Below, one piece after another: positions 27,711 to 37,083 of a DNA stretch of 64,000 nt; positions within the stretch are counted from its first letter, which is position 1; every line of letters starts with the position of its first letter. The notes under the pieces were generated by a model. The model did no database searches and was not told the origin of the DNA. It saw nothing but the letters and a program-made list of their open reading frames with translations. Made by a program: the position numbers and the translations under genes. Source of the stretch: a virus; the IMG/VR virus record IMGVR_UViG_3300009104_000008, positions 23,385-87,384 of that record; one strand, given 5' to 3'.

Positions 27711-27955
27711 TTAAACTCCAAAGGCCCGTATAGCAGCCTACTTTCATTTAATAGGGAATGGTGGAGAAAACCTATCAAGTTGGGTGAGAAGCCCACATTA
27801 CCTATTCAAAACAGGCGTTAACCCTGTTCAATAATTAAAAGTTAAAGTAACCTATATAAGGAAACGCAAGTATGTAGTCTTACCTAAGACAAACAATATC
27901 ACTCGTCAAAGTTAAACATAATGAAAAAGAAGGGAATAAAAAATGAGGAAGAAAT

Positions 27956-28606
27956 ATGCCAACAAGAGAATGTAATTATCAATTAGAAAACGGATTTAGA
28001 TGTAAAAAAACATTTACTGTTCCGAGTAATACTTGGAAAAAATATAGATGTCCAGAACACGAACATCATAGTGCTAATCGAGGAAACCTTCGTGCGGCAA
28101 GTGCAACTTTAAGTCAACAAAAAATAGACTTAAGAAAATTTGTTCAAGATTTTAAAGATGATACCTTACCTGACATTCAAGTTAAATTGTTAGAGGGCAT
28201 TCACGAAAGAGAAGAACTATCAAAAAGAATAGATGAAATTACTGAAGGAGAATGGCAAGGTTCACTAGCACCAACATCATTAGAAGACCTTATTCGTAGT
28301 GCGCCAGAACTAAGTTTAGATTTTGCTGAGTATAAAGTGCAAGTAGATGAATTTTATGACGAAATGAGTAAAGTTCATAGTGCTTATATTAAGCAAACAA
28401 AAACAGCACATTCTAATTCTATGTCAGACTTTAGGACATTAAAGAAAGAAATTGATGATAAAATAAATGATAAGTTAGATTCATTTTCATTAAAGGCAGA
28501 AGTAATTAATAGATTCGCTAATCAAATAAATATTATTAATAATCGTAATATTGGTTATGAAAAGCGTATTGCTGAATTAGAGAATAAAATTGAAAAATTA
28601 AGTTAA
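27956..28606 (+). CDS. Zinc-finger plus coiled-coil protein
   Basis: C...C...CPEH N-terminus; heptad-rich C-terminus. Confidence 0.7.
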   Translation: MPTRECNYQLENGFRCKKTFTVPSNTWKKYRCPEHEHHSANRGNLRAASATLSQQKIDLRKFVQDFKDDTLPDIQVKLLEGIHEREELSKRIDEITEGEWQGSLAPTSLEDLIRSAPELSLDFAEYKVQVDEFYDEMSKVHSAYIKQTKTAHSNSMSDFRTLKKEIDDKINDKLDSFSLKAEVINRFANQINIINNRNIGYEKRIAELENKIEKLS

Positions 28607-28683
28607 AGGTCTGTGGCGCAGTCAGGTAGCGCAACGGGCTTTTAACCCGTTGGTCGCGGGTTCAAATCCTGCCAGACCTACCA
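28607..28683 (+). tRNA. tRNA-Lys(TTT), CCA encoded
   Basis: AGGTCTG/CAGACCT acceptor, GCGC D stem, ACGGG-CTTTTAA-CCCGT, GCGGG-TTCAAAT-CCTGC. Confidence 0.95.
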
Positions 28684-28700
28684 ATTCAAGAGGAATAAAT

Positions 28701-28844
28701 ATGATAAAGATATGTGTAATATGTAAAAAGAAATATGAGGGTTATGGAAATAATGCCGCACCATTCACAATAGGAAGATGTTGTGATAATTGTAATTTAG
28801 CAAAAGTTCTCCCTTATAGAATGAAAAAGGAGTTTGGAATATGA
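28701..28844 (+). CDS. Small zinc-finger protein
   Basis: GAGG RBS; CVIC...YGNNAAP...CCDNCN. Confidence 0.65.
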   Translation: MIKICVICKKKYEGYGNNAAPFTIGRCCDNCNLAKVLPYRMKKEFGI

Positions 28845-29047
28845 AGAATAAAACATTATGTAGATGGTGTGGAGTAAAAGTTCATTGGGGTCATGATAGG
28901 ACAAGAAAATGCGAGGCTTGCAAATGAAATGTAAGAAATGTATTAAAGGAGTAATCATGAAACAAATTTCATTAGGGGAATTTGAACCAATTCCCTGCGA
29001 TTGCTCAATAGAAAAATGGTTCGAAGGATTAAAGAAGAGTTGAAGAA

Positions 29048-29293
29048 ATGAAAAATACACATTATGAAGTATTTAAGGAGTTATATGATAAAATCATGAA
29101 GAAAGAACTCTCAATATGTGAAACCTGCGATACATTTTTCAAATATACTCCTCAAAAAATATTCTGTGATGAATGTGCGCATGAGAGGAGAAAATCGAGA
29201 AAACTCAAGTATAGCGAAAAGAATCGTGAGAAGAAAGCGGCGTATGACCGCAAGTATTACGCAAAGAAAAAACAAAAGAGGGATAAAAAATGA
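29048..29293 (+). CDS. Zinc-finger plus basic helix protein, paralogue of 51894-52235
   Basis: CETC...FCDEC followed by K/R-rich helix. Confidence 0.65.
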   Translation: MKNTHYEVFKELYDKIMKKELSICETCDTFFKYTPQKIFCDECAHERRKSRKLKYSEKNREKKAAYDRKYYAKKKQKRDKK

Positions 29294-29529
29294 GTTTGAC
29301 AATTTATACGGCTACATGGTGTGGGCCATGTAAACAAATAAAAGCATGGTTAGTTCACACTAATGGCGATTTGGATAAGGTTCATTTTGTAGATATTGAT
29401 AATCCGAATGAAACTATTCCACTAGAGATTAAAAGTGTTCCAACTTTAATTGACACAGAAAGTGAAAAGATTATTTCAGGTGCTAATGCGATTATTGATT
29501 ATTTAAAAGAATGGAGAGATGAAGAATGA
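29290..29529 (+). CDS. Thioredoxin/glutaredoxin-like protein
   Basis: YTATWCGPC, IKSVPTL. Confidence 0.85.
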   Translation: MSLTIYTATWCGPCKQIKAWLVHTNGDLDKVHFVDIDNPNETIPLEIKSVPTLIDTESEKIISGANAIIDYLKEWRDEE

Positions 29530-29738
29530 GTGAAGAAACAATTAAGAAATTCGAGGAAGTAAAATTCCATTTTAATAGAATGATAGAAGCATATGAGGAA
29601 TTACCTATGTTAGCAAGTAATGTTCAACGGGTAATTTTAGAAGATGCAATGACTGCAATAGCGGCAGTATTTGAAGGTATTAACCAACAGATATTAGATG
29701 TTATTGAAATTATAGATGTAGAGGTGAAAGAAAAATGA
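29526..29738 (+). CDS. Hypothetical protein
   Basis: ATGA-coupled ORF. Confidence 0.6.
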   Translation: MSEETIKKFEEVKFHFNRMIEAYEELPMLASNVQRVILEDAMTAIAAVFEGINQQILDVIEIIDVEVKEK

Positions 29739-30094
29739 ATAAATGTATTAGATGCGGTGAGTCAACAAATATTAATTTATATGAAGATAGAAAAAATATT
29801 TATTACGGTGAGTATTTATGTTACGATTGTAATTCAATAATAACTGCTGAGTGGGGATTGGATAAAGAAACGCAAGAAACCATGATGAGATTTGTGAAAG
29901 AAGATGATATTAGTGTAATGGAATATGTAGCCATCGCAGTGCGAAGGCAAATAAATAGATTGAACAATATGACGAATATTGTTGGTAACACAGAAGAAGC
30001 GTTGGATTTAATAGCGGTGGATGATGAAGCGACCTACAAAGAATACATTAAACTCAAATCATTAGTGGAAAAAATGAAAGGTGAAGAAGAATGA
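29735..30094 (+). CDS. Zinc-finger hypothetical protein
   Basis: CIRC...CYDC; GAGGTGA RBS. Confidence 0.65.
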   Translation: MNKCIRCGESTNINLYEDRKNIYYGEYLCYDCNSIITAEWGLDKETQETMMRFVKEDDISVMEYVAIAVRRQINRLNNMTNIVGNTEEALDLIAVDDEATYKEYIKLKSLVEKMKGEEE

Positions 30095-30321
30095 TGAGTA
30101 AAGAATATTATGAAATGAAGACAGACAGTGGCTTAACAACAATTAGATTAAGTGATATATCAGCAGTAACAACAGAAGGTTCTGGTGGTATATTAACAAA
30201 AGAAACTTTTAAGATTGCTATACATTTAGTTAGTGGAACTATATTCACTGGACAAATGAGTAAAGACGATAAAGATTCTTTTATGAAAGCATGGAAAGAG
30301 GCATGGAAATATGCAGTATGA
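30091..30321 (+). CDS. Small beta-rich (PH-like?) protein
   Basis: IRLSDISAV...IHLVSG pattern. Confidence 0.55.
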   Translation: MMSKEYYEMKTDSGLTTIRLSDISAVTTEGSGGILTKETFKIAIHLVSGTIFTGQMSKDDKDSFMKAWKEAWKYAV

Positions 30322-30565
30322 TATAGCAATAGTATCTGCAATAGTATTATTAGGAATGATTATTGAATATAAACTAGGAATATTATTCAGAATAATATTA
30401 ACTTTTAGAGTCCATAAAATGCTAAAAGAATCAGGCGAATTTACATTTAATGTAAAAGAAAGGTTTGAGTTTCAAGAATCATTAGAAGAGCCAGAAGTAT
30501 TAGATACTTTAGATTCAGATGAAGAAAATAAAACGATAATAGATAATTGGGATAGAGGTGAGTAA
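30311..30565 (+). CDS. Small membrane-anchored protein
   Basis: N-terminal hydrophobic helix. Confidence 0.6.
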   Translation: MQYDIAIVSAIVLLGMIIEYKLGILFRIILTFRVHKMLKESGEFTFNVKERFEFQESLEEPEVLDTLDSDEENKTIIDNWDRGE

Positions 30566-30827
30566 AATGAAAGGCATATTAGATATAAATAATGATGGTC
30601 AAGTAGATTACAAAGACTTTAGACATATGCTTATGAGATATGAATGGATTGTGGTAACTGGTTTAGCACTGACAATTATACCAATGGGTAATGTGTTGGG
30701 CTATACCAATATTGATTCTGATTTCTTTTGGGCTTTGGCCGGATTGTGTTTAACAGTTGAAGGAGTAATCGAATTGTATTACGAGCAGAAATACTGGGAT
30801 AAGCAGAAGAAGGGGGAACAAGAATGA
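30558..30827 (+). CDS. Membrane protein with EF-hand-like loop
   Basis: DINNDGQVDYKD followed by two hydrophobic segments. Confidence 0.6.
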   Translation: MSKMKGILDINNDGQVDYKDFRHMLMRYEWIVVTGLALTIIPMGNVLGYTNIDSDFFWALAGLCLTVEGVIELYYEQKYWDKQKKGEQE

Positions 30828-31026
30828 ACATAAAACCCTATGGTAACTGCAAAAACCCTATTGCTCATGGTAGAGTCAATGGAGAATCTCATTGTAGGAT
30901 ATGTAAAAAAATGGAGGAAGAGGAATGAATAAAATAGTATGTAAAACTTGTTTGGAGAAGGTTATAACAATTCGCTCAAAGCGAGGCAATATAATCTGCA
31001 CAAGATGTAATGGAATAGTGATGTAA

Positions 31027-31269
31027 ATGATGGAACTACCAAAGAAAGAAATTGAATTAAGAATAGTTAGAGATGAAGAATTACCGCCAATTGTAATCAC
31101 AATGGATGAAAATGATGAGATTAAGGTTATGATAAATGAAAACCATAAGACTTGGTTAGCAATTCATAGGAAAACAATCGGTGGATTATCTCCTGTAATT
31201 TATGAGAAAATAGATGAACTTTTATTGGCTACCTTAAAAGAAACAAGAGCATTTGAGAGGTTGGAATAA
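31027..31269 (+). CDS. Hypothetical protein
   Basis: In-operon ORF. Confidence 0.6.
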   Translation: MMELPKKEIELRIVRDEELPPIVITMDENDEIKVMINENHKTWLAIHRKTIGGLSPVIYEKIDELLLATLKETRAFERLE

Positions 31270-31314
31270 TGGCCAAACGAAATTGTAAAGTTTGTGGATA
31301 TGGTTTAGCACGAA

Positions 31315-32514
31315 ATGCTAGGTCATGTTCACAATGTAGAAAGAGGAATAGAAATGGATGAAGAATGGAAAAGAGAATTAGGAAATGGTAGATGGGATAA
31401 AATCCTAAAAAGAAAAATGACAGAATTATCTGTATCAGATGATTACGATGAGGCTAAACATGAATGGGTAGCAACAGGTAATGTTTGGTGGAGAGGTTGT
31501 GGAGAAGAACGCCCACATTGGGCTATGGAACACCCTGACCAATGTTTATGCACACATAATATTGTATATCATTTTGAAATTCATAATACTGAAAATCATA
31601 TTAGAGAGTGTGTGGGTTCAGACCACATAAACTCATATTTGATTATTAGGGCTATTGAAGAAGAGCAGAATATTTCCAGAGAAGCAATCACTGAAGAAAT
31701 GATTGAAGAATGGGTTAAAGTTAATGTTGCCACTATGAAGAAAAATGCTTGGTGGAATAATAACGGCGAGCGATTTGAATCAATGTTTAATGAAATTAAA
31801 GACTTAGATTTGAGAGTTAATGTTAGGACAAAGGGAAATTATTATGACCCTAAAGTTAAAAAATATGTTCCTAAAACAGTAATTAGAAAAACTAGTTCTG
31901 GCCAATATGGGAGTGCGTTATATAAAATGGGTTCAATTGTTTGGAGATGGAATCATCCTGATAACCCTAAAGCACAAATTCATTCAAGAGGTTATCCTAC
32001 TGAGAAACTAATGAATGATTTGAGTTTATTCTTTGCACTTCTTCAACAACATAAAGACAAAACCGAAGCAGAAGATAAGGAATATCAAGATAGAGTCATT
32101 GAGGTTCAAAAGCAGGTTGCTTTACTTAAAGAGCAAAATGTGGCTAACCAAAGAAGAATAGCCGAAAACCGCGTATTGGCTGAAAATATGAGGGCTGATA
32201 CTGAAGATGCTGAATTTACAGAGAATTGTAAAAGGTATGGTTTATTGCCTTTTAGTGAAGAAAGTGCTTCTAATGATTGGGAACGAAAGTTCTTAAGGTC
32301 GGTTCGGAGTTGGATTCTTAGCGACAGAGAGCCTACAACGGCGCAAGTTGCTACCCTTGAGAAAATTATCAATAGCGAAAGAGATTTTGTTAGTGCAACA
32401 GATAAGCAATGTGCATTCTTATTAAAGTTAGGATTTGATGGCGATATATCAAAACTATCTAAAAGACAAGCATCAAATGAAATTGATAATTTATTAAAAG
32501 AAAGGGAGGATTAA
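31315..32514 (+). CDS. Hypothetical protein with CxCxH...VGS metal-binding domain and C-terminal ATDKQ helical motif
   Basis: CLCTHNI...VGSDHI; ATDKQ..FL..LG....LSK.QAS..I. Confidence 0.75.
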   Translation: MLGHVHNVERGIEMDEEWKRELGNGRWDKILKRKMTELSVSDDYDEAKHEWVATGNVWWRGCGEERPHWAMEHPDQCLCTHNIVYHFEIHNTENHIRECVGSDHINSYLIIRAIEEEQNISREAITEEMIEEWVKVNVATMKKNAWWNNNGERFESMFNEIKDLDLRVNVRTKGNYYDPKVKKYVPKTVIRKTSSGQYGSALYKMGSIVWRWNHPDNPKAQIHSRGYPTEKLMNDLSLFFALLQQHKDKTEAEDKEYQDRVIEVQKQVALLKEQNVANQRRIAENRVLAENMRADTEDAEFTENCKRYGLLPFSEESASNDWERKFLRSVRSWILSDREPTTAQVATLEKIINSERDFVSATDKQCAFLLKLGFDGDISKLSKRQASNEIDNLLKERED

Positions 32515-32515
32515 T

Positions 32516-32605
32516 ATGAGCAAATTAGGAAACTTAGCAAGATTTGCAGTAGGTGTAGTTGTTGTATCAACATTATGGCCTATTGGATTATTTGGAGATG
32601 AGTAA
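32516..32605 (+). CDS. Tiny hydrophobic peptide (29 aa)
   Basis: GGAGG RBS; fills gap. Confidence 0.4.
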   Translation: MSKLGNLARFAVGVVVVSTLWPIGLFGDE

Positions 32606-32606
32606 A

Positions 32607-32855
32607 ATGGTAAAACAAAAGAAAACAGACAACACTGAAAACGAAAAGCCTAAACTAACTAAGGCCGAACTAGAAGAATTAGTAGCAGAAATGAACGGAC
32701 AGTTGATGAATGCTCAATCTATAGTTAATGATTTGGTTAGTCAAGTAAATGCACATAAAGCATTGTGTGCTCATTATGAGAAAACAATGAATGTGCTAAC
32801 AGGGCGTTTACTTGGATTAGAACAAGAATTACAACAGCAAAACGAGGTGCAATAA
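32607..32855 (+). CDS. Coiled-coil protein
   Basis: GGAGATGA RBS; heptads. Confidence 0.65.
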   Translation: MVKQKKTDNTENEKPKLTKAELEELVAEMNGQLMNAQSIVNDLVSQVNAHKALCAHYEKTMNVLTGRLLGLEQELQQQNEVQ

Positions 32856-32856
32856 T

Positions 32857-33057
32857 ATGAAACTAAAAATATTAAATGAAACAGGACACACTGAATTAGA
32901 AGTAACACAGAAAGAAGTCATAGACCAAATTAATGAACACCCTACACATTGGGTATTCTTAGATGGTGAAATGGTTTCTCGTCAAGAAATTACACAAGTT
33001 TCTTGGGATGATGTAGAAGTAGTTACACTAACTCAGGCTATTGTCGGTGGACAATAA
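32857..33057 (+). CDS. Ubiquitin-like (beta-grasp, ThiS/MoaD/SAMP-type) protein ending GG-Q
   Basis: 66 aa; MKLKIL, WVFLDGE, VVTLTQAIVGGQ; GAGGTG RBS. Confidence 0.75.
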   Translation: MKLKILNETGHTELEVTQKEVIDQINEHPTHWVFLDGEMVSRQEITQVSWDDVEVVTLTQAIVGGQ

Positions 33058-33069
33058 ACAAATTAAATT

Positions 33070-33112
33070 GAAAGGTTGGGGGCATAGCCCTATGTTCCCT
33101 CCTTTCTTTTTT
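33070..33112 (+). terminator. Hairpin plus T-tract after Ubl gene
   Basis: GAAAGG..GGGGGCATAG / CTATGTTCCC.CCTTTC then TTTTT. Confidence 0.6.
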
Positions 33113-33124
33113 GGGGGGATAGCG

Positions 33125-33517
33125 TTGCTATTAGATAATAATAATTTTATACCAATCAATACAATAGGAGTAGTTTTAAATGCTTTTGGTTGGTCACATT
33201 CAGAATCAAAAAACTATACTACTAATGAAGAATTAGTAACAATAGTTAAACCAGACTTTTATCCTAATGGTCATGTATTGGCCGTTAGTAAAAAAGCAGT
33301 CATTATTTGCGATGGTGAAAGTCAGTTTGAATATCAAGGTAAAGAATATAATGATGTTCAAGAAATAATCGGAGAATACGGAATAAAAATAATAGAAACA
33401 TTCCCAGAATGGAATTTCACCATTGAAAAGGAATGGACAATAATGAGAAATGGACAATATGTTCATTCATTTAGTTCTTTAAAAGAACTAAGACACAGAA
33501 AAAAATTAAGGTGTTAA
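33125..33517 (+). CDS. Hypothetical protein
   Basis: Probable TTG start after GGGGGGA. Confidence 0.6.
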   Translation: MLLDNNNFIPINTIGVVLNAFGWSHSESKNYTTNEELVTIVKPDFYPNGHVLAVSKKAVIICDGESQFEYQGKEYNDVQEIIGEYGIKIIETFPEWNFTIEKEWTIMRNGQYVHSFSSLKELRHRKKLRC

Positions 33518-33520
33518 ATA

Positions 33521-35404
33521 ATGGAGAAAGGAATCAAGGCATTAGGAGATTTAGTCAAATTTACTAAATATTCTAAGTGGATAGAAGAAGAAAATAGAAG
33601 AGAAACATGGGAAGAAATGTGCTTTAGAAACATGGAAATGCATTTAAAGAAATTTAAACATTTAGGAGAGGAATTTTGTAATGAAATTAGAGAGACATAT
33701 GAGAATTTTGTTATACCGATGAAGGTATTGCCTTCAATGCGTTCAATGCAATTTGCAGGTAAGCCAATAGAATTATCTCCTAATAGATTGTATAATTGTG
33801 CTTATTTGCCTATTGATTCAATTGATGCGTTTTCAGAATCAATGTTCTTATCGTTGGGTGGAACAGGCGTAGGTTTTTCTGTTCAAAAACATCATGTTAA
33901 TAATTTACCAGAGATATTAAAACCAAAGTCTACCAAATATAGGAGAATTTTAATTAACGATTCCATCGAAGGGTGGGCAGATGCAGTTAAAGTATTATTC
34001 GAGTCATATACAGGCAAAAGAACATCAACCCCAAGATTTGATTATGGTGATATTAGGCCAAAAGGTTCTAGATTAAAAACTAGTGGTGGTAAAGCACCCG
34101 GACCTGCACCATTAAGGGAGTGTTTAGTTAAAATAGAGAATATGCTTCTAGAAAAGGAAGATGGAGTGCAACTATCTCCAATAGAGTGTCATGATATGAT
34201 GTGTCATATTGGTGATGCTGTTATATCTGGGGGAATTAGAAGGTCTGCAATGATTTCTTTATTTAGTGTAGATGATATGGCAATGGTTACTGCTAAATCT
34301 GGTTCATGGTTTGAAAAAGCACCTTATAGAGCAAGGGCAAATAACTCTGCAGTAATTTTAAGACACCGAATAACAAAACCATTTTTCCATGAATTATGGA
34401 ATAGAATAAAAAAAGGTGGTCAAGGAGAACCCGGAATTTATCTTTCTAATGATAAAGAATGGGGAACAAACCCTTGTTGTGAGATAGGATTACGGGCTTT
34501 TCAGTTTTGTAATTTATGTGAGGTGAATGTTTCTGACATTATTTCTCAAGAGGATTTTGAAGAGAGAGTAAAAGCGGCGAGTTTCTTAGGAACAATGCAA
34601 GCCGCCTACACAGATTTTCATTATTTGCGTGAAATTTGGTCGAAAACCACTGAAAAAGAAGCACTAATTGGTGTGTCAATGACCGGAATAGCGAGTAATA
34701 AGGTAATGATGATGGATATTGAACACGCCGCAGAACAAGTAAAGTTAGAAAATTCTAGAGTGGCTAAATTAATTGGAATAAATGAGGCCGCTAGAACAAC
34801 TTGTATTAAACCATCAGGAACAACAAGTCTGGTTTTAGGAACATCATCAGGAATTCATGCTTGGTGGTCTGAGTATTACATTCGCAGAGTAAGGATTTCT
34901 AAATTAGAACCTGTGTATAAATTCCTATTAAAGAATGCTCCAGAGTTTATTGAAGACGATTACGATAATATCAATGATGCGGTATTTTCAATTCCCGTTA
35001 AATCTCCAAAAGGAGAAGGGGAATTTAAACCAATAACCCGAAGTGAATCTGCATTAGATATTCTAAATAGAGTTAAGAGATTTTCTATTCGTTGGGTTCA
35101 GCGAGGACATAGAAAAGGAACAAATACACATAATGTATCTGCGACAATTAATGTCCGTGATAGTGAATGGGATGGAGTTGGAGAATGGATGTGGATGAAT
35201 CGGCATTATTACAATGGATTATCCGTATTCCCCTTTGACGGGGGTTCATATAGTCAATCACCTCACGAAGCAATTGATAAGGAAACATATTTAGATATGG
35301 AAAATAGATTTCCTGAATTAGATTTTACAGTTATCACTGAAGATGATGACTTCACAGATTTTACAGGCGAAATTGCTTGTGCAGGTGGACAGTGTGAAAT
35401 ATAA
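33521..35404 (+). CDS. nrdJ: Class II (adenosylcobalamin-dependent) ribonucleotide reductase
   Basis: RRETWEE, LPSMR, YNCA, GTGVGFS, TNPCCEI, FCNLCE, KPSGT, C-terminal ACAGGQCEI. Confidence 0.93.
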   Translation: MEKGIKALGDLVKFTKYSKWIEEENRRETWEEMCFRNMEMHLKKFKHLGEEFCNEIRETYENFVIPMKVLPSMRSMQFAGKPIELSPNRLYNCAYLPIDSIDAFSESMFLSLGGTGVGFSVQKHHVNNLPEILKPKSTKYRRILINDSIEGWADAVKVLFESYTGKRTSTPRFDYGDIRPKGSRLKTSGGKAPGPAPLRECLVKIENMLLEKEDGVQLSPIECHDMMCHIGDAVISGGIRRSAMISLFSVDDMAMVTAKSGSWFEKAPYRARANNSAVILRHRITKPFFHELWNRIKKGGQGEPGIYLSNDKEWGTNPCCEIGLRAFQFCNLCEVNVSDIISQEDFEERVKAASFLGTMQAAYTDFHYLREIWSKTTEKEALIGVSMTGIASNKVMMMDIEHAAEQVKLENSRVAKLIGINEAARTTCIKPSGTTSLVLGTSSGIHAWWSEYYIRRVRISKLEPVYKFLLKNAPEFIEDDYDNINDAVFSIPVKSPKGEGEFKPITRSESALDILNRVKRFSIRWVQRGHRKGTNTHNVSATINVRDSEWDGVGEWMWMNRHYYNGLSVFPFDGGSYSQSPHEAIDKETYLDMENRFPELDFTVITEDDDFTDFTGEIACAGGQCEI

Positions 35405-35696
35405 AAAATATACAAAGGCAACCCTATTAAAAATTGAATCAGAGGTTTATGATTCCTTTGATAATATCAAGGTGAAGGCTTCTATTAATAGAAGATATAA
35501 ATTGCTTAAGGAAGATAAAATGTCAAATGCAGTTTTTACTCACTTCTTAGTGAGAAGTTTTATGTCTATACTTGATTTATCAAAAGATAGCGCATTTAAT
35601 TATTTAGACGAGTTAGTAAAATTTAAAGTATACAAAGAAACCAATAATATAGGTGATAAATATGAAAATAAAAATACAAATATCATCTCCAGATGA
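35343..35696 (+). CDS. Hypothetical protein (true start probably near 35394)
   Basis: In-operon ORF. Confidence 0.55.
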   Translation: MMTSQILQAKLLVQVDSVKYKKYTKATLLKIESEVYDSFDNIKVKASINRRYKLLKEDKMSNAVFTHFLVRSFMSILDLSKDSAFNYLDELVKFKVYKETNNIGDKYENKNTNIISR

Positions 35697-37080
35697 TAGT
35701 TCAGACAGTTACGAAACAAGTTTTTTATTCCGCACAAATTCCCCTCCGCGTAAGCGTGGGAATTATGGGCAAATGAATCAATTTGGTGAAGTTGTTTTGC
35801 GTTGTTCTCCGAGAATGACAGATGCAAAATCAATTGACCCAGTTATTCATTCTTTACAGGGAATTATTGAAACTCAACTTCTTATAAAAAGAAGAGGTAG
35901 GAATTATCAACGAGTTAATTATAGATATGCTTACGAAGAACCACCTAAACCTAAAAATATCATAAGCGTATTTACTTGGAAATTTAAAGATGGTAATTTT
36001 ACAATAGTTTATCAAAAGACAAAGTCTCAATTTCATATTAATGGAATTAAATTAAATAAAGCAGACATAATGACAATTATATCAAAATTAATATATAAAA
36101 CCTGCTTTACTAGAAATAGCGCAGATTTGTATAAATACTTAAATCAACTAATTGTTGTTCCTCCCAATGTAATGTATTGTATAGAAAACAGAACGCCCTA
36201 TTCTTTTTGGGATGTTCGCCCAGACCATATGCAAACTAATTCTGTAAGGGGTAAGAAGTATTCTGTCACATTAAACACACAAATCATTTCAGAAACAGAA
36301 TGTGCATTAGAAATTTCTGAAAACATATGGGCAACAATTAAAATTAAGGACTTAAATCAGTTTATCAATTATCATAAGTTTGATAAACAGCGTTCAAAGA
36401 AATGGGCCTTAATGCCTGAAAACTTGTGGTGTGCTTTATTTGGAAGTATGCCTTCATATTCTCAAATGAATCTAATGTATTCTTTCCTCCAACAAAATAG
36501 AACTCAAGATAGGATTGAAGAAAGAGCGCAACAATTACTTGTAGATTTAACTAAGGAACACCCTAATAAAATCTATAAATTTGAGAGCATAGCACAAGGT
36601 AGAAATGGAAAAGTTATATCTTCTAATTCTTTATTCGTTAAAGGAGATTTATGTGATTGGTTATTAATTCCAAATAACAGTCGAACTATGCATCAAAAGG
36701 TAAATGCATATAAGATAGAAAAAGTATTTATTGAAGGGAATAATAATTTAGATTCACCCAACTCATTAGATGGGTGGATAAATACACCTAGAAAATATAC
36801 ACCTTTATCTGTCTTTAAATTAGGAAAAAGAAACCCAATTGTTATTTTTGCTATGACTGGCCCTGTATGTATAGATACTTTACACGGTAATTCGAGTGAA
36901 GGTGACCAAATGGCTTCAAGGGCATTAGCCTTAATGAACGATGAATTAACGGGTAAGTATATTAAAACACTAGCACCCTATTTAAGGGATAGATGTCTAA
37001 GAGTCTCAGACCAAATAATAACAAACTTAGTAAAATATGGTTCAGTATATGATTCAATAAAGCGCCCAATGGAGGGATAG
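35653..37080 (+). CDS. Hypothetical protein (475 aa) with GPVCID motif in C-terminal domain
   Basis: Long ORF; GGTGA RBS near 35653. Confidence 0.75.
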   Translation: MINMKIKIQISSPDDSSDSYETSFLFRTNSPPRKRGNYGQMNQFGEVVLRCSPRMTDAKSIDPVIHSLQGIIETQLLIKRRGRNYQRVNYRYAYEEPPKPKNIISVFTWKFKDGNFTIVYQKTKSQFHINGIKLNKADIMTIISKLIYKTCFTRNSADLYKYLNQLIVVPPNVMYCIENRTPYSFWDVRPDHMQTNSVRGKKYSVTLNTQIISETECALEISENIWATIKIKDLNQFINYHKFDKQRSKKWALMPENLWCALFGSMPSYSQMNLMYSFLQQNRTQDRIEERAQQLLVDLTKEHPNKIYKFESIAQGRNGKVISSNSLFVKGDLCDWLLIPNNSRTMHQKVNAYKIEKVFIEGNNNLDSPNSLDGWINTPRKYTPLSVFKLGKRNPIVIFAMTGPVCIDTLHGNSSEGDQMASRALALMNDELTGKYIKTLAPYLRDRCLRVSDQIITNLVKYGSVYDSIKRPMEG

Positions 37081-37083
37081 ATA

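Noticed and set aside
27547-27747. 66-aa minus-strand ORF
   Set aside because: Antisense to tRNA-Leu
28650-28700. N-terminal extension MVAGSNPARPT of ORF 28650-28844
   Set aside because: It is the tRNA-Lys T arm; real start is 28701 with RBS
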